Origin: Stappia albiluteola
Lineage (GTDB): Bacteria; Pseudomonadota; Alphaproteobacteria; Rhizobiales; Stappiaceae
Length of the DNA: 24,000 nucleotides
Assembly (NCBI RefSeq): GCF_014050225.1
Contig: NZ_JACFXV010000063.1
Location: 3,635-27,634, forward strand
Reading direction: 5' to 3'
Position 1 is the first letter of the stretch, and each line of letters begins with the position of its first letter. This document shows positions 16,232-24,000 of the stretch, piece after piece. The position numbers and the translations under genes were made by a program. The notes under the pieces are model-generated. The model had not been told where the DNA came from. It saw nothing but the letters and a program-made list of their open reading frames with translations, and ran no database searches.

Positions 16232-17167
16232 TCAGTGGCTGAAGAAATCCGGGCCGCCGCGTGCCTTCAGCGCCTGACCGGCGCGGGCGCCGATTCCGGC
16301 GGCTTCGCCGGCAGCGCCCCGGCTCTCGATCTCATGCACCTCGCTGCCGTCGGGCTTGAGGATCAGCCCGCGAAAGGTCACCTCGCCCGCTTCGAGCCGG
16401 GCAAGCCCGCCGATTGGAGTGCGGCAGGAACCGTCGAGCTCGGCGAGGAAGGCGCGTTCGGCGGCAAGGCAGGTCGCCGTTTCGGTGTGATGGATCGCCT
16501 GCAGCAGGGCGATGGTTTCGCCGTCATCGGCGCGCGTTTCGATGCAGATCGCGCCCTGGCCGACGGCGGGGAGGAAATCCTCCGTCTCGAGCAGCGAGGT
16601 GACCTCGCCCGCTAGGCCGAGACGCTTCAGCCCGGCGAAAGCGAGCAGCGTGGCGTCGACCTCGCCGGCGGCGAGCTTGGCAAGGCGGGTCTGGACGTTG
16701 CCGCGATAGGTGACGACCTCGATATCCGGCCGCAGACGCTTGATCATCGCCTGCCGGCGCAGCGACGAGGAGCCGACCACGGCGCCTTGCGGCAGGTCCT
16801 GCAGCCGCTTCGCCTTGGGCGAGATGAAGGCGTCGCGCACGTCCTCGCGCGGCAGGAAGGCGGTAAGGCCAAGGCCCTCCGGCAGCACGGTCGGCATGTC
16901 CTTGGAGGAATGGACCGCAAGGTCGATGTCGCCGTCGATCAGCGCCTGCTCGATTTCCTTGGTGAAAAGGCCCTTGCCGCCGACTTCCGACAGCGGGCGA
17001 TCCTGGATCCTGTCGCCCGACGTCTTGATGACGACGATCTCGAATGCATCGCTCCCAAGACCATGCGCCTTCATCAGGCGATCGCGCGTCTCGTGCGCCT
17101 GGGCGAGCGCCAGCGCGCTGCCGCGCGTACCGATGCGAATGGATTTTGGTCTATTCTTCGTTTGCAA
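16232..17167 (-). CDS. hemC: Hydroxymethylbilane synthase (porphobilinogen deaminase)
   Basis: 311 aa. Motifs [28 protein letters not shown] and the cofactor Cys region [13 protein letters not shown] start, with no in-frame ATG before the conserved N-terminus. Confidence 0.95.
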   Translation of the reverse strand: MQTKNRPKSIRIGTRGSALALAQAHETRDRLMKAHGLGSDAFEIVVIKTSGDRIQDRPLSEVGGKGLFTKEIEQALIDGDIDLAVHSSKDMPTVLPEGLGLTAFLPREDVRDAFISPKAKRLQDLPQGAVVGSSSLRRQAMIKRLRPDIEVVTYRGNVQTRLAKLAAGEVDATLLAFAGLKRLGLAGEVTSLLETEDFLPAVGQGAICIETRADDGETIALLQAIHHTETATCLAAERAFLAELDGSCRTPIGGLARLEAGEVTFRGLILKPDGSEVHEIESRGAAGEAAGIGARAGQALKARGGPDFFSH

Positions 17168-17274
17168 GGGTCCCGATCCCGATGTTAGAGCGGAGCGCGA
17201 TGATAGGCGCTGCGATGCACTAGGCCAATGCGGTCGATTGCGCTTCGGCGGCGCACGAATGGCAGGCCGAAATC

Positions 17275-18363
17275 ATGTCTTCCCCCCTGACGGTGCTTGG
17301 CATTGAAACGAGCTGCGACGAAACCGCCGCCGCGGTCGTCAGCCGCACGCCCGAAGGGCGCGGCCACATTCTCTCCAATGTCATCCGTTCGCAAGTGGAC
17401 GAGCATGCCGAATTCGGCGGAGTGGTACCCGAGATCGCTGCCCGTGCCCATATCGAAATTCTCGACGGCCTGATCGCGAAGGCGATGCGCGAGGCGGATC
17501 TCGGCTGGGACGGGATCGACGCGGTGGCCGCGACCGCCGGCCCCGGCCTGATCGGTGGCGTGATTGTCGGACTGCTGACTGCGCGCGCCGTGGCCGCGGC
17601 GAGCGGCAAGCCGCTCATCGCCGTCAACCACCTGGAAGGCCATGCGCTGACGGCCAGGCTGACCGACAGCCTCGACCTTCCCTATCTCTTGCTGCTGGTT
17701 TCCGGCGGTCACACGCAGTTCCTGCTGGTGGAGGGCGTCGGGCAGTACCGGCGCCTCGGCTCCACCATCGACGATGCGATCGGCGAGGCCTTCGACAAGA
17801 CGGCCAAGCTGCTCGGCCTCGGCTTTCCGGGCGGACCGGCGGTGGAGAAGATGGCCGCTGCCGGAGACCCGGCGGCGTTCCGCCTGCCGCGCCCCCTGCT
17901 CGACCGGCCCGGCCTGGACATGTCCTTCGCCGGCCTGAAGACGGCGGTACGCAACGCAGCCTATCAGGCGGCCCCTCTCTCGGACCGGGCGGTTGCCGAT
18001 CTCTGCGCCGCCTTCCAGCAGGCGGTCGCCGACGTGGTGGGCGAAAAGAGCCGCCGGGCGATCGATCATTTCCGCGACCTGCATCCGGACCGGGAGCCGG
18101 TGCTGGTGATCGCCGGCGGCGTGGCTGCCAACAGCGCGATCCGCGGCCGGCTGGAAGAGCTTGGCCAGGAAACCGGCGCGCGGCTGGTGGCGCCGCCGCA
18201 CGCGCTTTGCACCGACAATGCGGCGATGATCGCCTGGGCCGGCATCGAGCGGATGCTGCTCGGACCCGTCGACGACCGGCACGTGGCGCCGCGTCCGCGC
18301 TGGCCGCTCGATGCGTCGGCCGATGCGGTGCTCGGGTCGGGACGCAAGGGGGCGAAGGCCTGA
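17275..18363 (+). CDS. tsaD: tRNA N6-adenosine threonylcarbamoyltransferase
   Basis: 362 aa. Motifs [20 protein letters not shown] and GGVAAN are typical of TsaD (Gcp/YgjD). Confidence 0.95.
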   Translation: MSSPLTVLGIETSCDETAAAVVSRTPEGRGHILSNVIRSQVDEHAEFGGVVPEIAARAHIEILDGLIAKAMREADLGWDGIDAVAATAGPGLIGGVIVGLLTARAVAAASGKPLIAVNHLEGHALTARLTDSLDLPYLLLLVSGGHTQFLLVEGVGQYRRLGSTIDDAIGEAFDKTAKLLGLGFPGGPAVEKMAAAGDPAAFRLPRPLLDRPGLDMSFAGLKTAVRNAAYQAAPLSDRAVADLCAAFQQAVADVVGEKSRRAIDHFRDLHPDREPVLVIAGGVAANSAIRGRLEELGQETGARLVAPPHALCTDNAAMIAWAGIERMLLGPVDDRHVAPRPRWPLDASADAVLGSGRKGAKA

Positions 18364-18872
18364 TGGACGAGATCTACCGCAATGGCGTCGTCTGTCCGAC
18401 CCCGCCGCTGCCGCCTTTCGGCCTCAAGCACAAGGCCTATATCTACCTGACCTGCGGATCGAAGCTGCTGGTCTTCGCGCAACCCGACGAACCGGATGTG
18501 GGTCTGCAGGTGCCGGGCGGCACGCTGGATCCCGGCGAAAGCTACCTGCATGGCGCGAGGCGGGAATTCGCGGAGGAAACCGGGCTGGCGCTGCCGCTTT
18601 GCCTCGACCACCTGGGCGACCAGGACGTGCTCTTCGACAATGCCGCCGGCCGCGACCTGCATCGCCGCAGGCTGTTTCACGCCCGCACCGCCCGGATCGA
18701 CAGGCAGGAATGGGAGCATTTCGAGATGACGCCGTCGGCGGGCGGCGACCCGATCCGCTTCCGCCTGTTCTGGATCGACCTTTTCGACGATCTCGCCCAT
18801 GACGAGAACGCTTTCTTTGCCGGCTTCGCGGCACCGCTCGGCGAGCTGCGCCGGCGGATCGGGAGGGCGTGA
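18363..18872 (+). CDS. NUDIX hydrolase
   Basis: Nudix box GTLDPGESYLHGARREFAEETGL (Gx5Ex7REUxEExGU). The ATG overlaps the tsaD stop (TGATG, 1 nt shared). Confidence 0.85.
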   Translation: MDEIYRNGVVCPTPPLPPFGLKHKAYIYLTCGSKLLVFAQPDEPDVGLQVPGGTLDPGESYLHGARREFAEETGLALPLCLDHLGDQDVLFDNAAGRDLHRRRLFHARTARIDRQEWEHFEMTPSAGGDPIRFRLFWIDLFDDLAHDENAFFAGFAAPLGELRRRIGRA

Positions 18873-19867
18873 TGGCGGGAATCCGGCGCATTGCGGTGAT
18901 CGGAGGCGGGGCGTGGGGCACGGCGCTGGCGCTGGTCGCTGCCCGCGCGGGCCGGGACGTCGCGCTGTGGGCGCGCGATGCGGCAACGGTGGATGCAATC
19001 AACGGCGCTCGCGAAAACCCCCGCTTCCTGCCGGGCATCACCTTCGACAGAGGCCTTGTCGCGACGACGGAGCTGGAAACGGCGATGCGCGGCGCCGATG
19101 CCGTGCTTCTGGTGACGCCGGCGCAGACGACGCGCGAAGTGGCGGGCCGGATCGCGCCCTTTTGCCTGCCGGGCGCGCCGGTGATCCTGGCCGCCAAGGG
19201 CATCGAGCGCGGCTCAGGGCTGCTGCTGTCGGACGTGCTGCGCGAAGCGCTGCCGGAAGCGGTGCCGGCGGCTTTGTCCGGCCCGAGCTTTGCCGCCGAT
19301 GTCGCGCGCAAATTACCGACTGCGGTGACGATTGCAGCGGGCGACGAGACAGTGGCCGACGCGCTATCGGCGGCGCTCGCCTCGCCTAGTTTCCGTCCCT
19401 ATGCTTCCGGCGATCTGATCGGCGTGCAGGTGGGCGGCGCGCTGAAGAACGTGCTGGCCATCGCCTGCGGCGCCGTGGAGGGCCGGGGTTGGGGTGCAAG
19501 CGCGCGGGCCGCGCTGACGGCACGCGGCTTCGTGGAGCTGTCGCGGCTGGGGGCGGCGCTCGGCGCGCGCCCCGAAACGCTGACTGGCCTGTCCGGCCTC
19601 GGCGACCTGGTGCTGACCTGTTCCAGCGAGCAGTCGCGCAATTTCGCCTTCGGCATCGCGCTCGGAAAAGCGGGGACGGCGCCGATGGCGCAGGGCGGCA
19701 AGCTGGCCGAAGGCGTCTTCAGCGCGCAGGTTGCGGTGGATATCGGCAAGCGGCACGGCGTGGAATTGCCGATCTCGGGCGCGGTAGCCGCCGTCCTCGG
19801 CGGATCGCTCAGCCTGGATGATGCGCTCGAAGCGCTGATGACGCGGCCACTGAAACGGGAAAGCTGA
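18872..19867 (+). CDS. gpsA: NAD(P)H-dependent glycerol-3-phosphate dehydrogenase
   Basis: Motifs IAVIGGGAWGTALA, GALKNVLAIA and the LTCSS region. ATG 18872 overlaps the nudix stop (TGATG), with GGGAGGG SD. GTG 18869 is also possible. Confidence 0.93.
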   Translation: MAGIRRIAVIGGGAWGTALALVAARAGRDVALWARDAATVDAINGARENPRFLPGITFDRGLVATTELETAMRGADAVLLVTPAQTTREVAGRIAPFCLPGAPVILAAKGIERGSGLLLSDVLREALPEAVPAALSGPSFAADVARKLPTAVTIAAGDETVADALSAALASPSFRPYASGDLIGVQVGGALKNVLAIACGAVEGRGWGASARAALTARGFVELSRLGAALGARPETLTGLSGLGDLVLTCSSEQSRNFAFGIALGKAGTAPMAQGGKLAEGVFSAQVAVDIGKRHGVELPISGAVAAVLGGSLSLDDALEALMTRPLKRES

Positions 19868-20029
19868 GGGAGGAACCGGGCCTGTGCGGTCCGGCCATGC
19901 GCGGCTGATGTAGAAGCGCGTTCGTTGACGACGCGGCGTCAGGATCGCGAAGGTTTCCGCCCGCTCCGATCGGCGATTGAGTTTCCCCCGCGACCGCCCT
20001 AACTTGCCCGCCCGACAGGAGGAAAATTG

Positions 20030-20317
20030 ATGCTTTATGCGCTGATCTGCACCGACAAACCCCATTCGCTCCAGACCCGCCTCGACAATCGCGAGGCCCA
20101 TCTCGGCTTCCTGAAGGCGATGGGCGACAAGCTGAAGGCTGGCGGGCCCTTCATGGACGACGACGGCAACATGACCGGCTCGCTGCTCATCATCGAGGCG
20201 GCCAACCGCGACGAGATCCTGGCGATTTCCCAGGAGGATCCCTATGCCCGCGCCGGTCTCTTCGAAAGCGTCGAGATCCGTCCCTGGAAGTGGGTCGCCA
20301 AGAACCCGGAGGCCTGA
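20030..20317 (+). CDS. YciI family protein
   Basis: 95 aa, MLYALICTDKP...REAHLGFL...GPFMDDDG...: YciI-like pattern. ATG 20030 lies 7 nt after AGGAGGA. The track ORF starts at TTG 20027. Confidence 0.85.
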   Translation: MLYALICTDKPHSLQTRLDNREAHLGFLKAMGDKLKAGGPFMDDDGNMTGSLLIIEAANRDEILAISQEDPYARAGLFESVEIRPWKWVAKNPEA

Positions 20318-20321
20318 CATC

Positions 20322-20741
20322 GTGCGCTACTGGCTCTTCAAGTCCGAGCCCTTCAAGTGGTCCTGGGAGATGCAGAAGGCCAGAGGTGCCGCCGGCGAGC
20401 AGTGGGACGGCGTGCGCAACTACCAGGCGCGCAACAACATGCGCGCCATGGAGCTCGGCGATCTCGGCTTTTTCTATCACTCCAACGAGGGCAAGGAGAT
20501 CGTCGGCATCGTCGAGGTCTGCGCCCTTGCCCATCCCGACAGCACGACGGACGATCCGCGCTGGGAATGCGTTGACATCCGCGCGGTGAAGGACATGCCG
20601 AAACCGGTGACGCTGGCCGACGTCAAGGCGGAGCCTCGCCTGGCCGAGATGTCGCTGGTCACCAGCATGCGCCTTTCCGTGCAGCCGGTGACGGAAGAGG
20701 AATGGAAGATCGTCTGCGAGATGGGCGGACTGAAGGAGTGA
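20322..20741 (+). CDS. EVE (PUA-like) domain protein
   Basis: GTG start giving (M)RYWLFKSEPFKWSW...WDGVRNYQARNNMR...GDLGFFYHS, the typical EVE domain signature. It starts 4 nt after the YciI stop. Confidence 0.85.
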   Translation: MRYWLFKSEPFKWSWEMQKARGAAGEQWDGVRNYQARNNMRAMELGDLGFFYHSNEGKEIVGIVEVCALAHPDSTTDDPRWECVDIRAVKDMPKPVTLADVKAEPRLAEMSLVTSMRLSVQPVTEEEWKIVCEMGGLKE

Positions 20742-21409
20742 TGGCGAGCGAGGCGGAGCGCGAGGCCTTCATCAGGGCCGAGACCGCCGTCCATGCCGTT
20801 CCCCATGCCCCGGAGATCCGCCTCCATCTGGCCGACGAGGCGATGGATCTGTGGGAGAAGACGGAAGAGGAACTGGGTGCCATGGGCCTGCCGCCGCCGT
20901 TCTGGGCCTTTGCCTGGGCGGGCGGGCAGGCTCTTGCCCGCTACATCCTCGATCATCCTGAAATCGTCGCCGGCAGGAGGGCCTATGACTTCGCCGCCGG
21001 GTCCGGTCTGGTGGCGATCGCCGCCGCGAAGGCAGGTGCCGCAGAAGTCACGGCGAGCGAGATCGACGCCTTCGCGCTGATCGCCATTCGCCTCAATGCC
21101 GAATTGAACGGCGTCACGGTGGCGGCGACCGGCGAGGATGCGACGGCGGGCGATCCGCCGGCCGCCGATGTTTTGTTTTGCGGCGACGTCTTCTACGAAA
21201 AGCCGATGGCGGCGAAGGTGCTGGCCTTTCTCGACCGGGCCCTCGAGGCGGGGATTGCGGTTTATGTCGGCGACCCCGGCCGGTCCTACCTGCCGAAGGA
21301 GCGGCTGGAGCTGGCCGCCACCTACGAGGTGCCGGTGATCCGCGCGCTGGAGGATGCCGCGGTGAAGAAGACGAGCGTCTTCACGCTCAAGCGATGGCCT
21401 GCCAAGTGA
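20741..21409 (+). CDS. Class I SAM-dependent methyltransferase (PrmA / small-MTase-like)
   Basis: SAM motif I YDFAAGSGLVAIAAAKAGA and an acidic residue after beta-2 (VTASEID). The ATG shares 1 nt with the EVE stop (TGATG). The substrate cannot be inferred. Confidence 0.75.
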   Translation: MASEAEREAFIRAETAVHAVPHAPEIRLHLADEAMDLWEKTEEELGAMGLPPPFWAFAWAGGQALARYILDHPEIVAGRRAYDFAAGSGLVAIAAAKAGAAEVTASEIDAFALIAIRLNAELNGVTVAATGEDATAGDPPAADVLFCGDVFYEKPMAAKVLAFLDRALEAGIAVYVGDPGRSYLPKERLELAATYEVPVIRALEDAAVKKTSVFTLKRWPAK

Positions 21410-21523
21410 AAATCTCTTTTCGGGCCTTGCCTTGAGGGCCAAGTCGGCGTGAGATACGCCTCCCGGGGCGGGTCGTTCGTGCGCTGCCCCCGCATCGTAT
21501 TCATAAGTGTTTCGAGGACCGAC

Positions 21524-22693
21524 ATGCCGACCGTCAACCGATTTGCCGAGCTTGCCGACGAGATCACCGAATGGCGCCGGGACATCCACGCCAATCCGGA
21601 ACTGCAATACGACGTGCATCGCACCGCGGCGCTCGTGGCGGAAAAGCTGACCGCTTTCGGGCTGGACGAGGTGGTGCCGGGGATCGGCCGCACCGGCGTC
21701 GTCGGCGTGATCAGGGGCAGGTCGAATGCCTCAGGAAAGGTGGTGGGCCTGCGCGCCGACATGGACGCGCTGCCGATCGAGGAAGCCACCGGCAAACCCT
21801 ATGCCTCGACCGTGCCCGGAAAGATGCATGCCTGCGGCCATGACGGGCACACCGCGATGCTGCTGGGCGCGGCCAAGTATCTTTCCGAGACGCGAAACTT
21901 CGACGGCACCGTCGTCGTCATCTTCCAGCCGGCGGAAGAGGGCGGCGCCGGCGCCAAGGCGATGATCGACGACGGGATGATGGAGCGCTTCGGCATTCAG
22001 GAAGTCTACGGCATGCACAACATGCCCGGCGCCCCGGTGGGCACCTTCGCCATCCGCCCCGGCGCGCTGATGGCCGCCGCCGACCGCATCACGATCGATA
22101 TCGAGGGCAAGGGCTGCCATGCCGCCAAGCCGCATGAAGGCATCGACACGATCCTCGTCGGCAGTCAGATCGTCAACGCGCTGCAATCGATCGCCAGCCG
22201 CAACACCGATCCTCTGGAATCGATGGTCGTTTCTATCACCATGTTCAATGCCGGTTTCACCGACAACGTGATCCCGCAGCAGGCGCGGTTGCGCGGCACG
22301 GTGCGCACGCTGGTGCCGGAACTGCGCGACATGGCCGAGGAACGCATCCGCAGGATCGTGGAACTGACCGCCGAGGCCTATGGCGCGACCGCCACGCTGC
22401 ATTACAGCCGCGATTATCCGGTGACGGTGAACAACGCCGAGAAGGCGGCCTTTGCCGCCTCCGTCGCGGCCTCGATCGTCGGCGAGGCGAATGTGGAGAC
22501 CAACGTGCCGCCGACCATGGGCGGCGAGGATTTCTCCTTCATGCTGGAGGCCCGGCCGGGCGCTTTCATCTTCGCCGGCAATGGCGACAGCGCCTCGCTG
22601 CATCACCCTGCCTATGACTTCAACGACGACCTGATCCCGGTCGGCTGCTCCTACTGGGTGAAGCTGGTCGAAACGGCGATGCCGGCTGCGTAA
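21524..22693 (+). CDS. M20 family amidohydrolase (hippurate hydrolase / N-acyl-amino acid amidohydrolase type)
   Basis: Motifs WRRDIHANPEL, LRADMDALPI, HACGHDGH and QPAEEGGAGA. ATG 21524 with GAGGA SD. Confidence 0.9.
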   Translation: MPTVNRFAELADEITEWRRDIHANPELQYDVHRTAALVAEKLTAFGLDEVVPGIGRTGVVGVIRGRSNASGKVVGLRADMDALPIEEATGKPYASTVPGKMHACGHDGHTAMLLGAAKYLSETRNFDGTVVVIFQPAEEGGAGAKAMIDDGMMERFGIQEVYGMHNMPGAPVGTFAIRPGALMAAADRITIDIEGKGCHAAKPHEGIDTILVGSQIVNALQSIASRNTDPLESMVVSITMFNAGFTDNVIPQQARLRGTVRTLVPELRDMAEERIRRIVELTAEAYGATATLHYSRDYPVTVNNAEKAAFAASVAASIVGEANVETNVPPTMGGEDFSFMLEARPGAFIFAGNGDSASLHHPAYDFNDDLIPVGCSYWVKLVETAMPAA

Positions 22694-22709
22694 GCAGTCT
22701 TGAATCCTT

Positions 22710-22737
22710 CCGGCGGAGCGTGGAGCCGCTCCGCCGG
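22710..22737 (+). terminator. 11-bp GC-rich hairpin after the amidohydrolase gene (terminator-like, no U tract)
   Basis: CCGGCGGAGCG (22710-20), 6-nt loop, CGCTCCGCCGG (22727-37). It is followed by a C/T-rich sequence, not a T run. Confidence 0.4.
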
Positions 22738-22760
22738 CCCTCCTTCCAGATATTCCCTTC

Positions 22761-23522
22761 ATGCTCACGCTCTTCCCGCCGGAAATTTCCGCGCTGACCG
22801 GCTGGCTGCTGGTCGGGGCGAGCTTCTTTACCTCCGCGCTGACGGCCGCCGTCGGCCTTGGCGGCGGAGCGGCGCTCATTGCCATCATGGCCAACCTGAT
22901 GCCGGTCACGGCGCTGGTGCCGGTGCATGGCGTCATCCAGCTCGGCTCCAATGCAGGGCGCGCGATTGTACAGTTCCGCCACATGGAATGGGCGATCCTC
23001 GGCTGGTTCGCGGCGGGCGCGGTGATCGGAGCGCTCGCTGGCGGTTCCATCGCCGTCAGCCTGCCGGCGCCGGTACTGCGGCTCGGCATCGGGCTGTTCA
23101 TCCTCTGGATGATGTGGGGGACGGTGCCGAAGTTCCACGAGGCGCCGAAGCGGGTGATGGTGGCGACGGGCTTCGTCGCGACCGCTCTCAGCATGTTCTT
23201 CGGCGCGGCCGGCCCCGTGGGCGGAGCGGTGCTCGCCACGCTTGGCCTGTCGCGGCACGGTTTCGTCGCCACGCAGGCAGGCACCGCGCTGCTGATGCAT
23301 TTGCTGAAGATCGCCGTCTTCGGGCTGCTTGGCTTCGCCTTCGCACCCTGGGCGGGGTTGATGGCGGCGATGATCGCCAGCGGCTTCCTCGGCACGCTGG
23401 CGGGCACGCAGCTGCTCGGTCGCATGAACGAGCAGACCTTCCGCAAAGGCTTCAAGCTGGTTATGACTGTGCTGGCGCTGAACCTGCTTTGGCGCGGCGT
23501 CGCCGAGATGATCGGCATCTGA
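22761..23522 (+). CDS. TauE/SafE family sulfite/anion exporter-like membrane protein
   Basis: 253 aa with about 7-8 TM helices. GLGGGA motifs are typical of TauE/SafE (DUF81). No obvious SD before the ATG. Confidence 0.8.
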   Translation: MLTLFPPEISALTGWLLVGASFFTSALTAAVGLGGGAALIAIMANLMPVTALVPVHGVIQLGSNAGRAIVQFRHMEWAILGWFAAGAVIGALAGGSIAVSLPAPVLRLGIGLFILWMMWGTVPKFHEAPKRVMVATGFVATALSMFFGAAGPVGGAVLATLGLSRHGFVATQAGTALLMHLLKIAVFGLLGFAFAPWAGLMAAMIASGFLGTLAGTQLLGRMNEQTFRKGFKLVMTVLALNLLWRGVAEMIGI

Positions 23523-23542
23523 AACGCGGGAAGCGATGATCC

Positions 23543-24000
23543 ATGGCCGTGACGACCGCCGATATCGAAGCCGCCTATGAGCGTATCGCCGGGCACATCC
23601 GCCGCACGCCGGTGATGGAAAGCGGTGCGGGCTCCTTCGGCATCGACCGCTCGCTCAGCCTCAAGCTGGAGCTCTTCCAGCATGGCGGCTCGTTCAAGGC
23701 GCGCGGCGCCTTCAACAACCTGCTGTCGCGCCCGGTGCCGGAAGCGGGCGTTGCGGCGGCATCCGGCGGCAATCATGGCGTGGCGGTAGCCTATGCGGCA
23801 CGCTCGCTCGATCTGCCGGCGGATATTTTCGTGCCGGAGACCTCCGCGCCGGCCAAGATCGCCAAGGTCCGGGCGATGGGGGCAAGGCTGCATGTGGGTG
23901 GCGCACGCTACGCCGACGCGGCGGAGGCTTGCGCCCGGCACCGGGCACATAGCGGGGCGATCGACATCCATGCCTATGATGCTGCGGAAACCATTGCCGG
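23543..24000 (+). CDS. PLP-dependent threonine/serine dehydratase family protein (5' part, truncated by window end)
   Basis: My own translation from ATG 23543: MAVTTADIEAAYERIAGHIRRTPVMES...LELFQHGGSFKARGAFNN...AASGGNHG. It includes the PLP-lysine motif SFKxRGA and the GGNHG motif. It is absent from the ORF track because no stop lies in the window. Confidence 0.85.
   Translation, partial: MAVTTADIEAAYERIAGHIRRTPVMESGAGSFGIDRSLSLKLELFQHGGSFKARGAFNNLLSRPVPEAGVAAASGGNHGVAVAYAARSLDLPADIFVPETSAPAKIAKVRAMGARLHVGGARYADAAEACARHRAHSGAIDIHAYDAAETIA

Noticed and set aside
21731-23971. 746-aa ORF on the minus strand spanning three + strand genes. There are similar long ORFs at 3042-4145(-), 4142-5260(-), 12326-13681(+), 14118-15065(+), 17185-18282(-), 7979-8818(-), 8748-9662(-), 18066-18998(-), 18424-19311(-), 19364-20320(-) and 20477-21619(-).
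   Set aside because: All of them lie antisense or out of frame to genes with clear family motifs. Their translations are Arg/Gly/Pro/Ala-rich with no recognisable domains. This is the expected stop-codon-poor artefact in high-GC DNA.

Overview
High-GC chromosomal core region that looks alphaproteobacterial, Rhizobiales-like; this is judged from protein sequences and gene order, with no search run. I support about 29 protein genes and one tRNA-Thr(CGU). Most genes are housekeeping: asd, beta-carbonic anhydrase, ppa, hemC-hemD followed by a Mic60-like gene and a HemY-like TPR gene, tsaD-nudix-gpsA, a YciI-EVE-methyltransferase trio, an M20 amidohydrolase, a TauE/SafE exporter and a PLP dehydratase cut by the right edge. 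The only clearly accessory piece is a lower-GC segment of about 1.3 kb (about 10180-11494) between a metallopeptidase gene and tRNA-Thr. It carries a two-gene HTH(excisionase-type)/PIN toxin-antitoxin-like module preceded by a perfect 3x9-bp tandem repeat and a 12-bp palindrome. Non-coding candidates: a 21-codon Thr/Lys-rich mini-ORF in the asd leader, an orphan strong terminator suggesting an sRNA in a 540-bp gap, and several long hairpins. I saw no CRISPR array, transposase, integrase, phage genes or multi-gene defence locus. I cannot claim a well-supported novel system; the items below are leads, and all family calls rest on motifs read by eye. The many long ORFs antisense or out of frame to recognised genes are treated as high-GC artefacts.
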